A stretch of 64,000 nt of DNA from positions 1 to 64,000 of the IMG/VR virus record IMGVR_UViG_3300030202_002193. The stretch is one strand, 5' to 3'. Within the stretch, counting starts at the first letter, position 1. Every line of letters begins with the position of its first letter. Positions 63,836-64,000 of the stretch are shown piece after piece. This stretch comes from a virus. A model generated the notes under the pieces. That model searched no databases. It was not told the origin of the DNA and saw nothing but the letters and a program-made list of their open reading frames with translations. A program made the translations under genes and the position numbers.

Positions 63836-64000
63836 ATGAACTGGGAAGATTTTGTTCAAGTGGTAGAATCCTATGTGTGGATTCGTAAGGAAGAATTAGG
63901 CGGAATAGTGCAGGTAATAGATTTGCTACTAGATGCAGGTAAGAATAATGAAGACGAAAGAAGTAATGCAATTGCTTCTGTAAAGGGGCTTCTAAAGGGT
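63836..64000 (+). CDS. Hypothetical protein, truncated by the window end (MNWEDFVQVVESY...)
   Basis: Frame open to the end of the window. Confidence 0.55.
   Translation, partial: MNWEDFVQVVESYVWIRKEELGGIVQVIDLLLDAGKNNEDERSNAIASVKGLLKG

Noticed and set aside
63726-63971. 81-aa minus-strand ORF
   Set aside because: Antisense to a more protein-like + strand ORF starting at 63836

Overview
A 64-kb segment of a tailed (HK97-fold) archaeal dsDNA virus. It most likely belongs to the Marine Group II/Poseidoniales viruses (magrovirus-like); this is inferred from gene content and GGTGA/GGAGG ribosome-binding sites. (1) 1-10.9 kb, + strand, replication module: PCNA-like clamp, family B DNA polymerase split into two genes by ~1.5 kb of small ORFs, Cas4-like nuclease, PriS-PriL fused primase, XPF/ERCC4 nuclease, MCM-like ATPase and DEDD exonuclease. 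(2) 11-59.4 kb, - strand, morphogenesis block: tail fibre/tip, tape measure, frameshifted tail chaperone, tail tube, Arf-like GTPase with membrane proteins, major capsid protein, prohead protease, DNA ligase, portal, LAGLIDADG protein, TerL and probable TerS. (3) 59.7-64 kb: small early-like genes separated by six palindromic elements, a structured non-coding stretch and an iteron-like repeat cluster. The main unexplained system is a set of about 20 unrelated late-strand genes that share an N-terminal M-x(0-2)-W-x-x-[ILV]-[LIV]-K leader, which resembles ILK motifs in the capsid and protease. Several of these genes sit in arrays bounded by exact 22-bp repeats copied from the 3' end of a resident gene. 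This suggests a capsid cargo-tagging system that expands by cassette insertion. All product calls come from motifs read by eye; no database search was run.
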